Position numbers and translations under genes: made by a program. The notes under the pieces were generated by a model. That model saw only the letters and a program-made list of their open reading frames with translations. It was not told the DNA's origin and searched no databases. From Botryllus schlosseri (Eukaryota): a DNA stretch of 64,000 nt. Below are positions 34,358-48,219 of this stretch, in pieces. Position 1 is the stretch's first letter. Every line of letters begins with the position of its first letter. The DNA is taken from contig CM119372.1 of assembly GCA_051294905.1 (NCBI GenBank), forward strand, positions 25,918,001 to 25,982,000. The letters are read 5' to 3'.

Positions 34358-35831
34358 TAGGGTTGTTCAGATTTAAAAAATTGTCAGGAAACTTCGATGC
34401 TTGTGACCCAAATGATGGTTTAGTACATAAAAACACTTTTATGAGCAATTTTGGTCATCTTCATCGTGATCTTCTATCCCCGAAACACCCCCAAAGATGC
34501 ACGGGGCAATTCTCCTTACTACTGGATATGTGATGTTGACCACGTCACCGGTTTATAGCTTTTGTGACGTTATCAGTTGAAAACGACCATGTAGAGATAA
34601 TATATTGCAATAAAATAGCCATGTTTTCAAAATTGTACTTGAATGCAGTCCTATAAAGGCCACATGCACATCGATTTCACTCTGCACAACCTGTCTATCA
34701 TGCTCATGGGAATCATGTATTGCTTGCACCATTGACATCGGCTGGATTTGGATCGTACATTGAAGAAGCGCCGTTGGGTTGCAATTCGTGAACAAATACC
34801 GATATTCCCAGCTAGTTTTCAGCCATAAAGTATTATTCAAAGCTATGTAATGTCAGTAATACTTTTCTCAATTTCAAATCATCTGTAAAATACCGAGTTA
34901 TCTTATTTTATGGTAGACTGCAATTTAGTTGCAGAAGAATGTCTGAAACAAAGCGGATATGGGTTTTGCGGACCAACCATGAACAAGATTCAGGTCTGCC
35001 CACTATTTGATCTGATATTCTGGTCACTATTCGGTTGGATATTTATCTGAGTGTATTAGTCACTCCAAGCTACCGACTCCAGATGAGGTTCTACTACATC
35101 CGCCATATCTGAAAGAAAATTGCCCCGAAACTACCACAACGCAGGACTATGTCCTTCTAACTGTTGAAGAGGTTGCCAACGTATGGAATATGACAAGAAT
35201 ACCTATAAGGCAAGTGCTGAACATTGTGTTGATGCATTGTTTCAGGCATTCTTCTTCAACTAAATTGCAGTCTACCATAAAATGAGATAACTCAGTATTT
35301 TACAGATGATTTGAAGTTGAGAAAAGTATTACTGACATTACATACCTTTGAATAATACCTTATGACTGAAAACTAGCTGGGAATATCAGTATTTGGTCAC
35401 GAATTGCAACCCAACGGCGCTTCTTCAATGTACGATCCAAAACAAAGCCGATGTCAATGGTGCAACCAATACATGATTCCCATGAGCATGACGGACAGGT
35501 TTTGCTGAGCAAAACGGAGGTGCATGTGACCTTTACAGGACTGCATTTCAATAAAATTTTGAAAACATATCCATTTTATTGCAATATCCCGTCTCTACAT
35601 GGCCGTTTTCGAATGATAACGTCACAAAAGCTATAAACCGGTGACATGGTCAACACTACAAATCAAGCAGTAAGGAGAATTGCCCCGTGCATCTTTGGGG
35701 GCTTTTCGGGGATAGAAGATCATGAGGAAGATGACCAAAATTGCTCATAAAAGTGTTTTTATGTACTAAACCATCATTTGGGTCACAAGCATCGAAGTTT
35801 CCTGACAATTTTTCAAATCTGAACAACCCTA
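34358..35831. mobile_element. Foldback element with ~590-bp terminal inverted repeats (possibly Mutator-like) in tetraspanin intron 1
   Basis: 34358-34950 is the high-identity reverse complement of 35238-35831, around a ~290-bp spacer. The flanks TATGCATAT / (A)ATTGCATAT are only an imperfect 9-bp TSD. Confidence 0.85.
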
Positions 35832-36349
35832 AATTGCATATACAGTCGTGTCTTGGAAATCCACGCTTTCGATTTGATGTAAACAATTGCCGAAAATCTA
35901 TTTCCCTAAAGATATAGCTGGTGGCTAATGTGTATTAACGCGGAACGCTTGCGACAACACATTTGGGAATGATCGCAACATATATAGCACCAAAATTAAG
36001 AAACATATTTTTTAATGAACGTTAAGCCCGGTCATTTCTATGTAGCAGCTCATATTGAATTTATTCTATAATAATAGTGGTGATGTATATTACGGATAAG
36101 GAAAAAAATTATATTTCAAACTACTGTTCACAAATTTGCTGAGACTAGCGACTTCGAACCCAAGATGATTTGTGAACCTTTCGAAGTCATCCTGATTGAC
36201 CTTACTACTCCAACTTGTTATTATTTCCACAAACTCCATCAAAACACCCCTAAACATGCTGGGCGAGACTTTCGGGGCCCCCTATAAGTATGTAATTATC
36301 GCAGCTTCTGGAGCCCTCCAGACCCTCCTTGCGCATCTAGTGTTAGCAA

Positions 36350-36860
36350 TAGAGCTGTGCAAAATCGAGCACCTGAGTGATTGGATTCAGAATCACGTGT
36401 TACGATTCGAGTCGAGTATTCGAGTATCACTCATTATGACGTCACAACAGAATATACAGTGTCAAAGCTCAAATATGTACTTTTTATGTCATCACAATGA
36501 ACATAACGCCTGCAATTCAACACATTAAAGATAATTTGGTCTTTTTTCGACCATACCGATTTCATTGCACTTCTTGACGATGTTGTGGGATGATCACGAC
36601 TTCATAGATGTGTTATTTCCAGTAACGTTCGTAGCTTTGTACTATGTCTCGTATGCTGCGACACGGCCAAGCAATGGTTCAAGGCTTCCTCAGTGGAAAA
36701 TAGTATCGAAACTAGAATTCTCGTTGATAAATTAACTTCCAGTTGCGAGGAGCATATAATTTCAGTACTCGAAAAAAATCGTATTTTACTACTCGACTCG
36801 AATCATTAAAATTAATACTCGATTTAGATTCGAGTACTCGAATCATTGTGCCCAGCCCTA
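36350..36860. mobile_element. hAT MITE with ACTCGA subterminal repeats
   Basis: TAGAGCTGTGCA...TGCCCAGCCCTA; TSD GTTAGCAA/GTTAGTAA. Confidence 0.75.
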
Positions 36861-38487
36861 GTTAGTAACTCGATATTGGCGCGCCTTATGGAACGGGATT
36901 ACGTGATGTGTATATGACACTATAACACGGCTTTGAAGCAGCCGGGAATGTTGAATTGCTCTAGCTCCTGAGCCTTCTTTTATCATACATTGTCAAATTA
37001 TAAAAGAAGTGAACCGGTTAACTATAGCTCATGCCTTCATGCTGAAGTTGCATGGCATGTACCATGAAATAATAGAATAGCGACACAACTGCTGCAGGTC
37101 AAATAGACCCACACCGAGGCCTACGATACTAGTATCGTATGCTGCCCACACTAATCTGGAAAGCTATCGGCTGACATTAGTAATAATGAGCCAACACACC
37201 ACGACAAGGTTTGAGCCATGCAGGCGCTGGATTAGGTCGTATCTATTATTATTGCATGATTGAAAGGATAGACTACATCAAAACTAAGTACCTCTACCGC
37301 ATGCAGAGACTTGATGATAATCGGGATACGAGACTTTTCCCAGAAATGCAGAGATTTGATGAATGACTAAAGAGGGGAGCCCGTCGACCAGGGAGGGGGG
37401 GGGGGCGGGCGACCGCCCACCTCGTCCACCCCAAAAGCCGCCCCTGGTCAGTTCAAAATGTTTTTAATGATATACCACTCATATATAGTAGTCTCTCAAG
37501 ACTCTTGTTACTCCTACGCAATGTCCAACCTTCATCCCCTCCCTTACTCCATACGCGTTGACAGATTCTCGCTAACAAAACAGACATCCGTTTTCCGGTA
37601 CTCAGACCCCCCCCGTAATGGGCTGGCTGTGCAATCAGTTACGACATTCAATTGACAGTACTCAGAAGCACGTTATGGGCCAGGAGTGCAACCAGAAATG
37701 TCAGGGTCACAGTACCGACAATATCACCGTGGTTACAATTTCTTTATGGCTCTTCCTTCGCAGCCTAGACTGATTTCTTTGGAGCCCACGTGTATTCATT
37801 TCTTAAACGTTGCGCTGGTAGTAGCCAGCTTTGTTTTTGTTGCAGTAGTTTTATGTCATTTATCGTTTATTTATAGTCGTGGCTTGTCTTATCAGGATTC
37901 AACCAGCGCTTTTTCAACGGTAGTTTAATTAATGAGATGGTCGTCTTATTTTGTACCAGTTGGGAAGAGATGTCTAGTATCAGTCTGCAACAGTCATTCC
38001 CTTTGTATGTCGTTTATTGGAACAGTGAAACCCACACAAATACACGTTGATCCGACTTGTAACCACCCGGTGGAGGGCAGAATATCTTGGCCACGAGTTA
38101 ACAAATTCTCAGCTTAACAGGACACATAATCATGTCCTATTCGAAAGAACATATGTATTCTCGTCATTTTCATCGTTTCGTCTTGTATGGTGTATGAGTA
38201 TTATCGATCACACGCAACGAAAATACGATTCTGAAAGAACTAATAAGCATCTAACGAGTTATATCATTCACAAAGTTATGTGATCTTTTAAAATCTGCGA
38301 AGACACGCACGTCTGCCAAATACTGATCACATTTCATAGACTTGGTAAATTGACCAAGAATGATCAACGACCAAGGAAATACCAGTTTATGGCTTACTCG
38401 TATTCATGGTTTCGCTGGCATTCAATACAAATGAAGCCGGTATGGAATAGCAACAGCATTCGCGGTTAAAGTACGAAAAAATCTTAC

Positions 38488-38547
38488 AAATATGAGCAGG
38501 TTGAAGATGAACATGGTATACTTGACGCAAGTCATTCCACCTTCCAT
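38488..38547 (-). CDS. Tetraspanin first coding exon (N-terminus, TM1)
   Basis: ATG at 38547; MEGGMTCVKYTMFIFNLLIF | gtaaga, the classic C.KY..F.FN..F motif. The exon begins at 38596 after an acceptor (ctaac...ttttgttttcaaacag). Confidence 0.93.
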
Positions 38548-41500
38548 GTCTGCCTTTGATCGTTAACTATGAGATGAAATTGTTACTACGTTTGTCCTGT
38601 TTGAAAACAAAACAGACGTTAGAATATGTATCGGCCATTAGTGGTAAAAAATATCGGCAATTCTGGTGACGCCGCAACATGGTAGTGAGGAGAACTACAA
38701 TGTTCGAGTGCTACACCGGAAATATTAATCCATTTCGTACAGTTTACAGTTGTCAAGTGCAGCCTTTCTAGTTGCTAGTGTCATGTGTGAGTGAGCATGG
38801 CAATGGCCGAAAATCTGTACAAATAAATCATCTCAAGTTCTGGAAATGCGCTGTAAGGTTGATGCCGAATGTTTTGCATATCGACTGTATATATCGGGGT
38901 ACTCGGCGAAGACGCTGCTAATTGTGTCGGTGTTTTCGGCATAGGCTCAACAATCCGATGTCGTTGGCGCTCTATACAGAATCATGACATTTAAACCTAT
39001 TTACAAAAGTTTAGGCACATAGATGTGGATAGAAGTGTACAAAATGTATTTTGATATCTAAAATGCGTCATAAAAGTAAAAATAAAACACATACATAAAT
39101 GATAGCTAAGCCCTGCCAGATCGTCAGCACTTCAGCATTTACAACATCTTAGCAATTTTCAGGTGGTGTGAAGGCGAACCCAAGCATCGTGAATAAAGTG
39201 AACTCGATCTTGTGATATCATGATGTTAACGTCACATATATATTTTCCAAGTTACATATATGAGAATCTATGTACAATTGCACATTAGGATAAACAGATA
39301 TCTATCCGAATTCAGTGTCTAAATTCAATATCATTATCAGAGAACTTCACGTTCACTGACAGCCTCAATAGTTAGTGATCCCCATTGTGCATTGGAAAAA
39401 TGTTGCTAGTCGCTTGAAATATACAGGGAAGGCGTGGCGCATAGCTCAAGCATGACGAGGTCATGACTCGCATCATTTCGAAATTACCCGGCAAGAAAAT
39501 ATAAAGTCAATCTCTGTAATTAGACACTTAGAATCCAGATCTGATCCTGAGTAAATATTTGGGAAAATGCGAGTAATGATCCGATCCCATTTCCGAGAAA
39601 AAACTCGGATTCCAGTATGTTTACACAATCTATAATCCTGATTTTTTCGGCAATGATTCCATCAGTTAATAAAGCCATAATCTACTGCATAATACCACTT
39701 ATCTAAAAGCATAATATCTACTGTTAATTTAGGGTAATTTCATGCTAAAATCCACTGATCAGTATTCGACAACTTTATTCATAGCATTAGTTCTATAAAC
39801 GTCCCTGTGTCAATATTAGGATTTGGTAATAACAAAACATTCATAGAAGAACACGCCTGTCACGCATTGACCGAAAGTTCTTTAGCCACTTCATTATTTA
39901 TACTCGTTTTCTGTCGATTTAGCCCACGCTACGCTGAACCATTGCTCTCATCATTTACTGGTCGCGTGCGTCATTTAATGATGAAAGAGTCCACGCGTCC
40001 GCAGAAACGTAATAAGCACACGATAGGACCTTTCTAGTCGTTCCGAATCCAACGCAGCGCAGCAGGTGGACACAAATATTGAAACGACCGTCGAGTGATT
40101 GAATTCAGGGATGCCCACATGTTACAATGTTACATATATTAAGAGCTTACCGTTTACTAGTAACAGACAACTATAGTCGTAGGCTAACCAATGATCGACA
40201 ATAGGACCATTACTAATGGTAAAACTAAGGGATTTCGAAATCATATTGGTCGGATAAATTAAAAGCATAACAAGTTAACATATATGGATCATCATAAAAG
40301 TATACAGTAAACGAACATAGTCTGGCACAGTAACTGCATGCACTGACTCAAAATTCAAGCATATACCGTATATGATATAGCCAACGCACATATTGAGGCA
40401 CAAACGTGACAGGCGAAATGATGCGAATGCTTTCTAGAAACCAGTCTCAGTCTGAAAAAGGGCTAAGCAAAATCGAGAACCTAGTTCATTCCAAAGCGAC
40501 TTGCTGCCTGCAGAGTGGAGTTTGTATATGACTCACTACGACGTGATAAACAGTGAGAAAGTTGAAATTTTTATTTTCGAGAAGCCGAATTATATTCATT
40601 TTCAATTCGATCACGGGTCAAATATCATCAGTTCAACTTGAGATCAGAACTAATTCCGTACTTGCAATCAGATATACGGGCCGCAGTTCGCACATTCCGT
40701 ATTCGTACAAAATTTCATTGAACGTATCACCCGCTGGGACCAGGGATGCAAGGTCAAAGGAGGCAAGGGGTGCAGTGCTTCCCGTATCCCTAATAGTGAA
40801 ACACTCATTGAATATTATTGGCATCGATTTAATCATCTCAGAATAACTTATTTTAAGCATTTTAGCATTAGAAATTACACGATGTGCAGGTGCAGATTGA
40901 CAAAAATCGCCAAAGGAGAGGGGAGGCAGAGACAAGCCTCACATGTGATTGGGCAACTCATCACGAATAAAACCGAGGCGAGGGATGGGCTATGTGCAAT
41001 AGCAAATGCGCAAATGCTGTTTGAAAACGGAGATACGTTTATATACCCGATTTTATCAGTTCAGCAAATGTCTTCAACCATTCACGTTTAATGAGATTCG
41101 TTTTAGTGAACATCGAGCCCATGGGAATCAACAATCAACACAGTCTAGGCCAGTGGTGCGTAACCTTTATTAACCCGCGAAACACTTGCGCTAATCTGCC
41201 AGCTTTCGCGGAACCCCAAATGTTCGCCACAAAAGCAAAAATCTACCACAATACATTCGGATTCCAGTTGAGAAATGCGTGGCTTCACCGTAGAAGGTGC
41301 CATCGTGTTGTTCGGTCGAAATGCAACACCATGATACCAATTGCTTAATTACAAAATGAGCTAATACATATTGAGTATATAATTGGCCTTTCAGAGGGTC
41401 GGTGTTTCAATGTCGAACCTCAACTTCCCCTGCGCATGCCGCTGCTCACGGTGGCAACACCGCAACAGTTGGAACTCGGCCACTGATCAGACCTAACAGC

Positions 41501-43540
41501 CGACTATCAATGATGGGCAAGAAGGGCGTATCATCACAAGTGATGTGTGCGAGTAGAGTGTATGTCTTCGTCTTGACCTCCACGTTACCCATGGGACTGG
41601 CTCGCGGGACCCCTAGCTCTCCATGGAACACAGGCCAAAAACCACTGGTCAAGGTCATTTGCCGCAAGCTGCTTGTTGCCACTGGGTGACGACAAGAGTT
41701 CAGAACTTATAATAACAGGTATCAATCGACTCCTATTGTCGCAAGCAGTTGTCAAATCCAAACACTATCAGAGTCAGTGCGCCAGAACCACTCTAACGCG
41801 CAAATGCATTTTGAAAATCGTATTTCTTACGTCCACGGCATCACAGTGAGGCTGCAATCCACATTTTCTATAGTGAAACAGTACGATATCAGGAAGTGAT
41901 CAATTTTCCGCACCGACTGTTGGCTTAGCGATACGCACTGCACACTGCACAGTCGCAGCATGTAACAAGCAAATCAATCTGTCACTCCGATCGCAGGCCT
42001 AAATTCCATGCATTCGCAGTGCGATAGGAGCTATCAACATCGCTCATGTTGGATATACCGCAACGAACTTTTAGTAATCCTGACTCCCTTGTGTAATGCC
42101 TGATCTATTAATGAACAGCTGGTACTGCATTTAACATAACCAGCGTGTAATTATTTACATTGAATCGAAATAGCATCCATTGAGCGCCTTAACAACAAAG
42201 GCTCCGTGCGTTGTAACCTATAAGGTAGTCACACAAGATAAAAACGACAGAGACGCAGCAGTTACCGATTTGGTACCAAACATAGAAATCTAGGCTTCAG
42301 CAGCTATATGTTTCGATAACTGAGAGTGTGCGATCGAACTAACTGTTTATAATAGTTCAGCAGACTATATACGGGCGCAAGTCAATGATTAGGACTGGTA
42401 TTGTACACGAAAATACCAAAAAGCTATGCATCATCCGAGTCACGTCGGTCATATCCTCGTGACTACTCGCAGGTATAGCTTAGCTTCACGCTTCTCACCA
42501 TCCAGCTATTTCTAATCATCGCTTCAGAAACGACTAACCTATTTCTGAACTACTTACGGCTGCCTGTGCACTATATGACAATGAAATGCAATGAATCGTC
42601 AATACACGGCACCGCCTGCAATCGTGCTCAAAGCAAGTGCGAATAGCTTGTTCCGATCGAACGTTACGCAGCCTTCGAAACTTCGCCAACGTCACCAGAT
42701 GCTGATGTGTTCCTGCAATCTGCTTTGCAAGTGCGACAACGACGGAAGCGCGTCAATCCAATGCATCCATGTAGCTAATGAGCGCATTCCCATAGAGACC
42801 TCATAATTCGAATGTAGTACAACACAAATCGGGCTTATATAATGATTGGAAAGAAGGCATTGTGGACTTCCATCAGCAGCCACGTGGTTATCATTTGATT
42901 TCCTATAGGGAGTAATGACTGCTCGTCAAGAATTGTCAGAGATTCCACTGTGTTGGTATACAAAATTGCTTCGAGTTTTGGAGGACTTAAAATGAGGACT
43001 TAACCACGGGTAGTTAGAGCAGAGACGCAGAAGAGGGTAACTTGCCAACATGTATGTATATCGATGCTATGCGCAACCAGTCGCATGGCCGAAGTCCTGC
43101 AAATTGCATAGTGTCATAAGGCTAATTGCAATGACATGTATTGGACTCCAAGGAACTACAGTCAGACTCTCGGGGTGAAGCGCACAAATTCTTCAGGGAT
43201 TGAAAAACTTCAACTGTCGTTTCGTTTCATTTTTCTGTATGGCGATTGGTCGTAAACATTAAATTTGAATTGCATACTATAATGGCCACATAATTATCTT
43301 GTCTTGACAAATCTCCGGTGTCATTATCTGTACCGTTATGTTTTACAGTTTAAAAAATTTAATCCTAGAGATTCGCTATCCAGCCATGCTGCTCCATGAT
43401 GAGTAATTTTTGGTCAGAAAGGAGAAATGTAATCTTGCTGCTCGAAGACCTCGAAAAAAAAAAATTAATTGCCACTACTCGAAGTGAATCATTTCAACGA
43501 ATAAGCGAGTAGTCTTCCCACATTAAGTCATGCCCTAGTT

Positions 43541-44872
43541 CAGAGGTCTCAACCACGCTGCCCACGACGGTATTTTGGATTTCGAAGTATTTGGCAATAT
43601 TTTAACTCTCAAATATCTTTTTCATTATTTGAGAACTGGAAACTACTCCAGAAGCCTGAAACTACTCATCAAACTTCACTATTACATCAATTTCAAAAGT
43701 TACCACGCAGTGGAAGATCAACTAATACGTCACATTACTTGATTATGATGGTAAAACATGACCCGATGATGATTCGTGACTGAACATTTTGATTTAGACA
43801 TGGGCGCAACCTTTTATAGAATTACTCGAACTCAGACTCTTTGTCTGATAAAATAAAAATGACTCGGGTTGAGTCGCGTCAAATTTTACAATCAGAGAAG
43901 GACTTGTGACTCGGAACGCCGTGACTTGGTGAAACCAGGCACACAACAAACTATGAAACTGGTATGTGGAATGGTAATATATCAAAAGGTCTTGGAGTGT
44001 GTTGCGTAGCTTATTTAGATATCTAACCATCTCGGTATGGCAACCATTGGCATCATGCTTGATGCATAGTTAGTTACATCCTCTGTCATCTTGGGTATCT
44101 TTATCCTAGCTATCATCGCCAATTAAATGAGGCGAGTATTATAAAGTAGTCGTATAGCCTACGCTTCACAGTTGTAACACCAATGGATTCTTCTTGGCAT
44201 TTCTATTGCTATATCGCACAGTAATCATTTTTATTCAAGTTGTTATAGATTGCCACTATTCGCAGGTAAATCCAACGCTGATCTCATTTGAATTCGGTAA
44301 TAACATGCTCAATAGCCTAGACATCAGTAGTATGCATTACCGAAACCCGAATTAGGCTGTACTGCTCCAAAGCCCTGATATAAAATTGATCAATCTTTGT
44401 AAAATTCTAAAATATTCGACCTATAATTGTGACACGACAAATATCCTCTAACTGCAACATTTTAACGCAATAGCTTTTAGAATATATCCTGATGCATTTG
44501 TACTGTTTATTGGTGTCTACAACTAAATATACAGCAACTATGCCAAGTACAGCAACAATATTATTCGAATATATTAAAATGTGAATTTTTTCGTGCCAGG
44601 CGTGAATTCACAATAGTAAATCACATTTTCACGGTGCGTGAGGAATGTCAGTATGCAAGGTCCCGTCAAATGTGAATTTTTTCGTGCCAGGCTTGAATTC
44701 ACAATAGTAAATCACATTTTCACGGTGCGTGAGGAATGTCAGTATGCAAGGTCCCGTCAAATAAGACCTACTTGGAAATACACTGAATTTCCTTATTATT
44801 GGTGCTGCGGCCCGCGGCGCCATCAAAAAGTATAAAATTGGCCCGCGAGCCCATTTAAGTTTGAGACCTCTG
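43541..44872. mobile_element. hAT (Buster-type) non-autonomous element
   Basis: CAGAGGTCTCAA...TTGAGACCTCTG; TSD CCCTAGTT/CCCTAGTA. Confidence 0.8.
44577..44760. repeat. Tandem duplication, 2 x ~91 bp
   Basis: AAATGTGAATTTTTTCGTGCCAGGC...GCAAGGTCCCGTC is repeated at 44577 and 44668, nearly identical. Confidence 0.9.
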
Positions 44873-45170
44873 CCCTAGTAGAAGGGCATTGTACTAACAG
44901 CTGGACTACAAAACAGAGTAGGCTATATAGTTCCAGGGAAGCTACTCATACCATAGCTTGGTATCGGATCATATGCAATGCATCCACAGATACAGGCAGA
45001 GCCTCATAGGTGTTAGCAATTGACTAGTGCAAATCCTCATGCAGTGGATTATAGGATATCATCTGCGAACTTTGCGTGAAGTACGCCCTTTCATATGACC
45101 GTAGTAACGTGTTGGCGTTCTGATGAATCAGGTAGGATACTTAAACCCCCGTGGTCACTTCTGCATATTA

Positions 45171-45497
45171 TAGGGTTACCATATACGTCCTCTTTTAAGA
45201 TGATTTATCCTTCTTTTTTGACTTTTTTGAAAGTGTACTCGGAGGACGCCCTTTTGTCCTCTTTTTTGGGAGTTTTGGTCATATCTATAGCAAAATTTAA
45301 CTGACATGCCGTAAATCAGCACCGAAGTTACGGCGGGTATTTCGGGAGCCGAGTGGAAAGTTTACCTTTTTTTTTTAGTCAACCAACCACAATGTGAGAA
45401 AAATTTACCATTTTTTGAGAATTTTCCTCCGGTTTTGCAAGTTTGTAAATTCTGAAAAAGTGTCCTCATTTCAGATTTCCAGAATATGGTAACCCTA
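45171..45497. mobile_element. hAT MITE family D copy 3
   Basis: TAGGGTTACCATAT...ATATGGTAACCCTA; TSD GCATATTA (45163-45170 / 45498-45505). Confidence 0.9.
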
Positions 45498-46141
45498 GCA
45501 TATTAGAAATTTCATCACTTCTAATATAATAACAAAGCAATTTTGATGAAATGCATGTAGGTCGTAGCATGAGAAACAGTAACATTGGATCCTAATCTAT
45601 ACGTTATGTTTAACTATCCATGAACTAGCAATTGCGGCGACGAATATCGTGTAGAAACTCGATAAGCAACCAAACGCCCATATTTGTGATGATGATGTGG
45701 AAATTATAGCCCAGGTAAAAATCCCAATGTCATCATGGTTTATTTGGAATTTTCCTTATGATTGTTATTTCCACGGATTTACCACAGTTTTAGCAACTAG
45801 GCAATATTTGTGGTGAGTATATACTTCGCAAAGTTAAACCTTTCCGGCAAAACACGCACCGCCTTTTGTCACCAAATATTAGGATTTTAGAATATATTCG
45901 TATAGCTCTAGTCATCAAATGCTTTAATGGCGTATCGCTTCGACAGTACTTTGACTATCGATATTCATCCGACCAAAGACAACCGAATTCATTTGTTCAA
46001 GTTTAAGTGGTGTTTCCAATTACTACTTCAATTTTTATCTCATAGCAAATCTTAGTATGACAACGGTTTCAGGCGGTGTTTTCGAAAATGATTCAACGCC
46101 TATCTTATCATGCCATCACAATCTTGAGGGGTTTTAAATAA

Positions 46142-46386
46142 AGAGAGAGAGAAGGGGGCTATTTGTTTTCACTTGCACCATCGAGATGCTTTGACGACGG
46201 AGATGCGATATGACCGTATGGTCACCTAGTCTGCACCCCCGTTTTTTCTCCTCCATGCTATCCGTGGATGCTAAGCGCCCATCAGGATAGCTGCGGATAC
46301 GAGTTTTCGAGTCTTTGGTCTGACCCGGCCGTTGATCGAACCCACGACTTACCGATCAAAAAGCCGGACGTATCACCATTATACTA
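46142..46386 (-). mobile_element. tRNA-derived SINE copy 2
   Basis: Colinear with 25242-25487, including the A/B boxes, core and tail. Confidence 0.8.
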
Positions 46387-47925
46387 TGGAATCCTAGTAT
46401 GGGGAAGTGCATGCACAACATTTTTGTGCAGAATTCGAACCCTACAAAACCGTGCGATACGGCTGCTCTCATCTGTACCTTTACGTACCAAACTATCGCC
46501 TTACTACCGTAAGCACCGAATTTTGCAAGTTGACAAACTATATCGCTTCGAAGTATCAAAAGTCATTCACAAATATTTTTCCAATAGTTTGCCTCCTGCG
46601 TTTGATGACATTTTTTCATGCCTGCCAAAAATGTCCACTCCCACTACACGAGATCCTCGTCTAAAGGAAATATCTACTTACCCCCACCTAATAGCAACCT
46701 AACTATGAGATCTATCGACTACTCGGGACCTATCATCTGGAATGCATTACCACCACATATCCGTGAATCGCCTTACAATATATTCAAAAAGCCCTACTTG
46801 ATCACCTCTTGTCTTTACACTAACACTGTTGCCCTACCTCGCCCAGACATTGCTTCATTGATCATTTGCTACCATCGTTTAATTTTTCTTCTATTTTTTT
46901 TTAACTACTGTAACCTTTTTTACAGCCAGACTGTTTAGATTCAAGTGTACCTGTTTGATGCTGGTGTGATCAGACTAGATGAACTTCACGGTAGGGATGG
47001 TGTGAACCTCCGAAAGGTTCAGGTTTCTTGTGAACGCGAACCTTTCTGGACGGTTCTGTGTGAACGCGAACGTGAACCTCATGACGTCATATTGCTAATT
47101 CCAGCCCTACATTCCAGGGAAGTGATATCTATTAAGGCACACGATACCTATAGCGACTACTCGAGCCACATAATGCCACAATGCTGAAGTGCATATTGAC
47201 TTTTGAAACGCCGCCAAATGTATCAACTGGGGCAATCGAATGATACAATAATGCCATATAATCAATATCTTTCGTCGCTTTGCCAGCAATTTCTACGTGG
47301 CCTTGCAAGGGAATATAAGCTTGCGCTTTAAGGGTCTAGGCCAGACCGGACAACGTATTCGGCTTCTGAGTGCTGCTACGTTGGTATTGAGCAGAGTATA
47401 AAACGGATTTTACCACATTAACAGCAGTAGTCAACACCCCAATCGCACGTTTTTTTAATGCAATAAACATATGAAATCGAGATGGACCCCGTACGCGTGC
47501 TAGATTTTTGAATCAGACGACGATATCAGAAAGTCACTAAATATTCAGATTGTAAAGGTGCATGCTCGTTTAGTGTTGATTTTTATGCTGCCAGCGCCAT
47601 GCATATAGAGTAGCCCGCAGATGAAATGCAATAAATTTCTACCAAATATGCTAAAATAACGTGAAAATTGGAATAGATGAAAGAAGTTCACAGTGCATAA
47701 TCTACCAAGGTTCGTTTGTGAACGTGAACCTCTCAATTTCCGAGGTTCACACACAGAACGCGAACGTGAACCTCGCGTTCACACCATCCCTACTTCACGG
47801 TCTTATCGATCATTCCTATCTAATACCGAATACTGTGCAAGCATATTTTCTGTACCACCACCACTGCCGTGTGTTATGTATTTTGGTTGGATGAAAATAA
47901 AGACACTCTCTCTCTCTCTCTCTCT
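46382..47925 (+). mobile_element. 3' fragment of a CR1-group (L2/Crack/Daphne-like) LINE, interrupted by MITE C2
   Basis: YYGILVWGSA..LQNRAIR, then (after a frameshift) HSHYTRSS..RSIDYSGPIIWNALP..I. The 3'UTR continues past the MITE to AATAAA plus (CT)n at about 47896-47925. Confidence 0.75.
46992..47792. mobile_element. hAT MITE family C copy 2
   Basis: TIRs TAGGGATGGTGTGAAC; TSD CTTCACGG (46984-46991 / 47793-47800); inverted homolog of 2688-3640. Confidence 0.92.
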
Positions 47926-48219
47926 CGCTCGGTTTTGAATAAATTACCACCGATATCTGCACAGGCAGAATTATCGGTATCGGTCTACTCTGGCCAAGAT
48001 ATATCGGCATGACGAATAACGTCATGACTTGCTGTACTGCGCTCTTTAGTCCTTAGCTGTCATTAATAAGGTAGTCTTTACTTGCAAAACACCACATGTT
48101 GATATCGGCAGTAAATATCTGTTGATAGGCAAGAATTTGATGTAGCGAGGCCATAACGAATCTAACCTCGCTTATTACTATTCCCATGTTGCGAGTGTTG
48201 ATCACTTCCTTGTATATAG

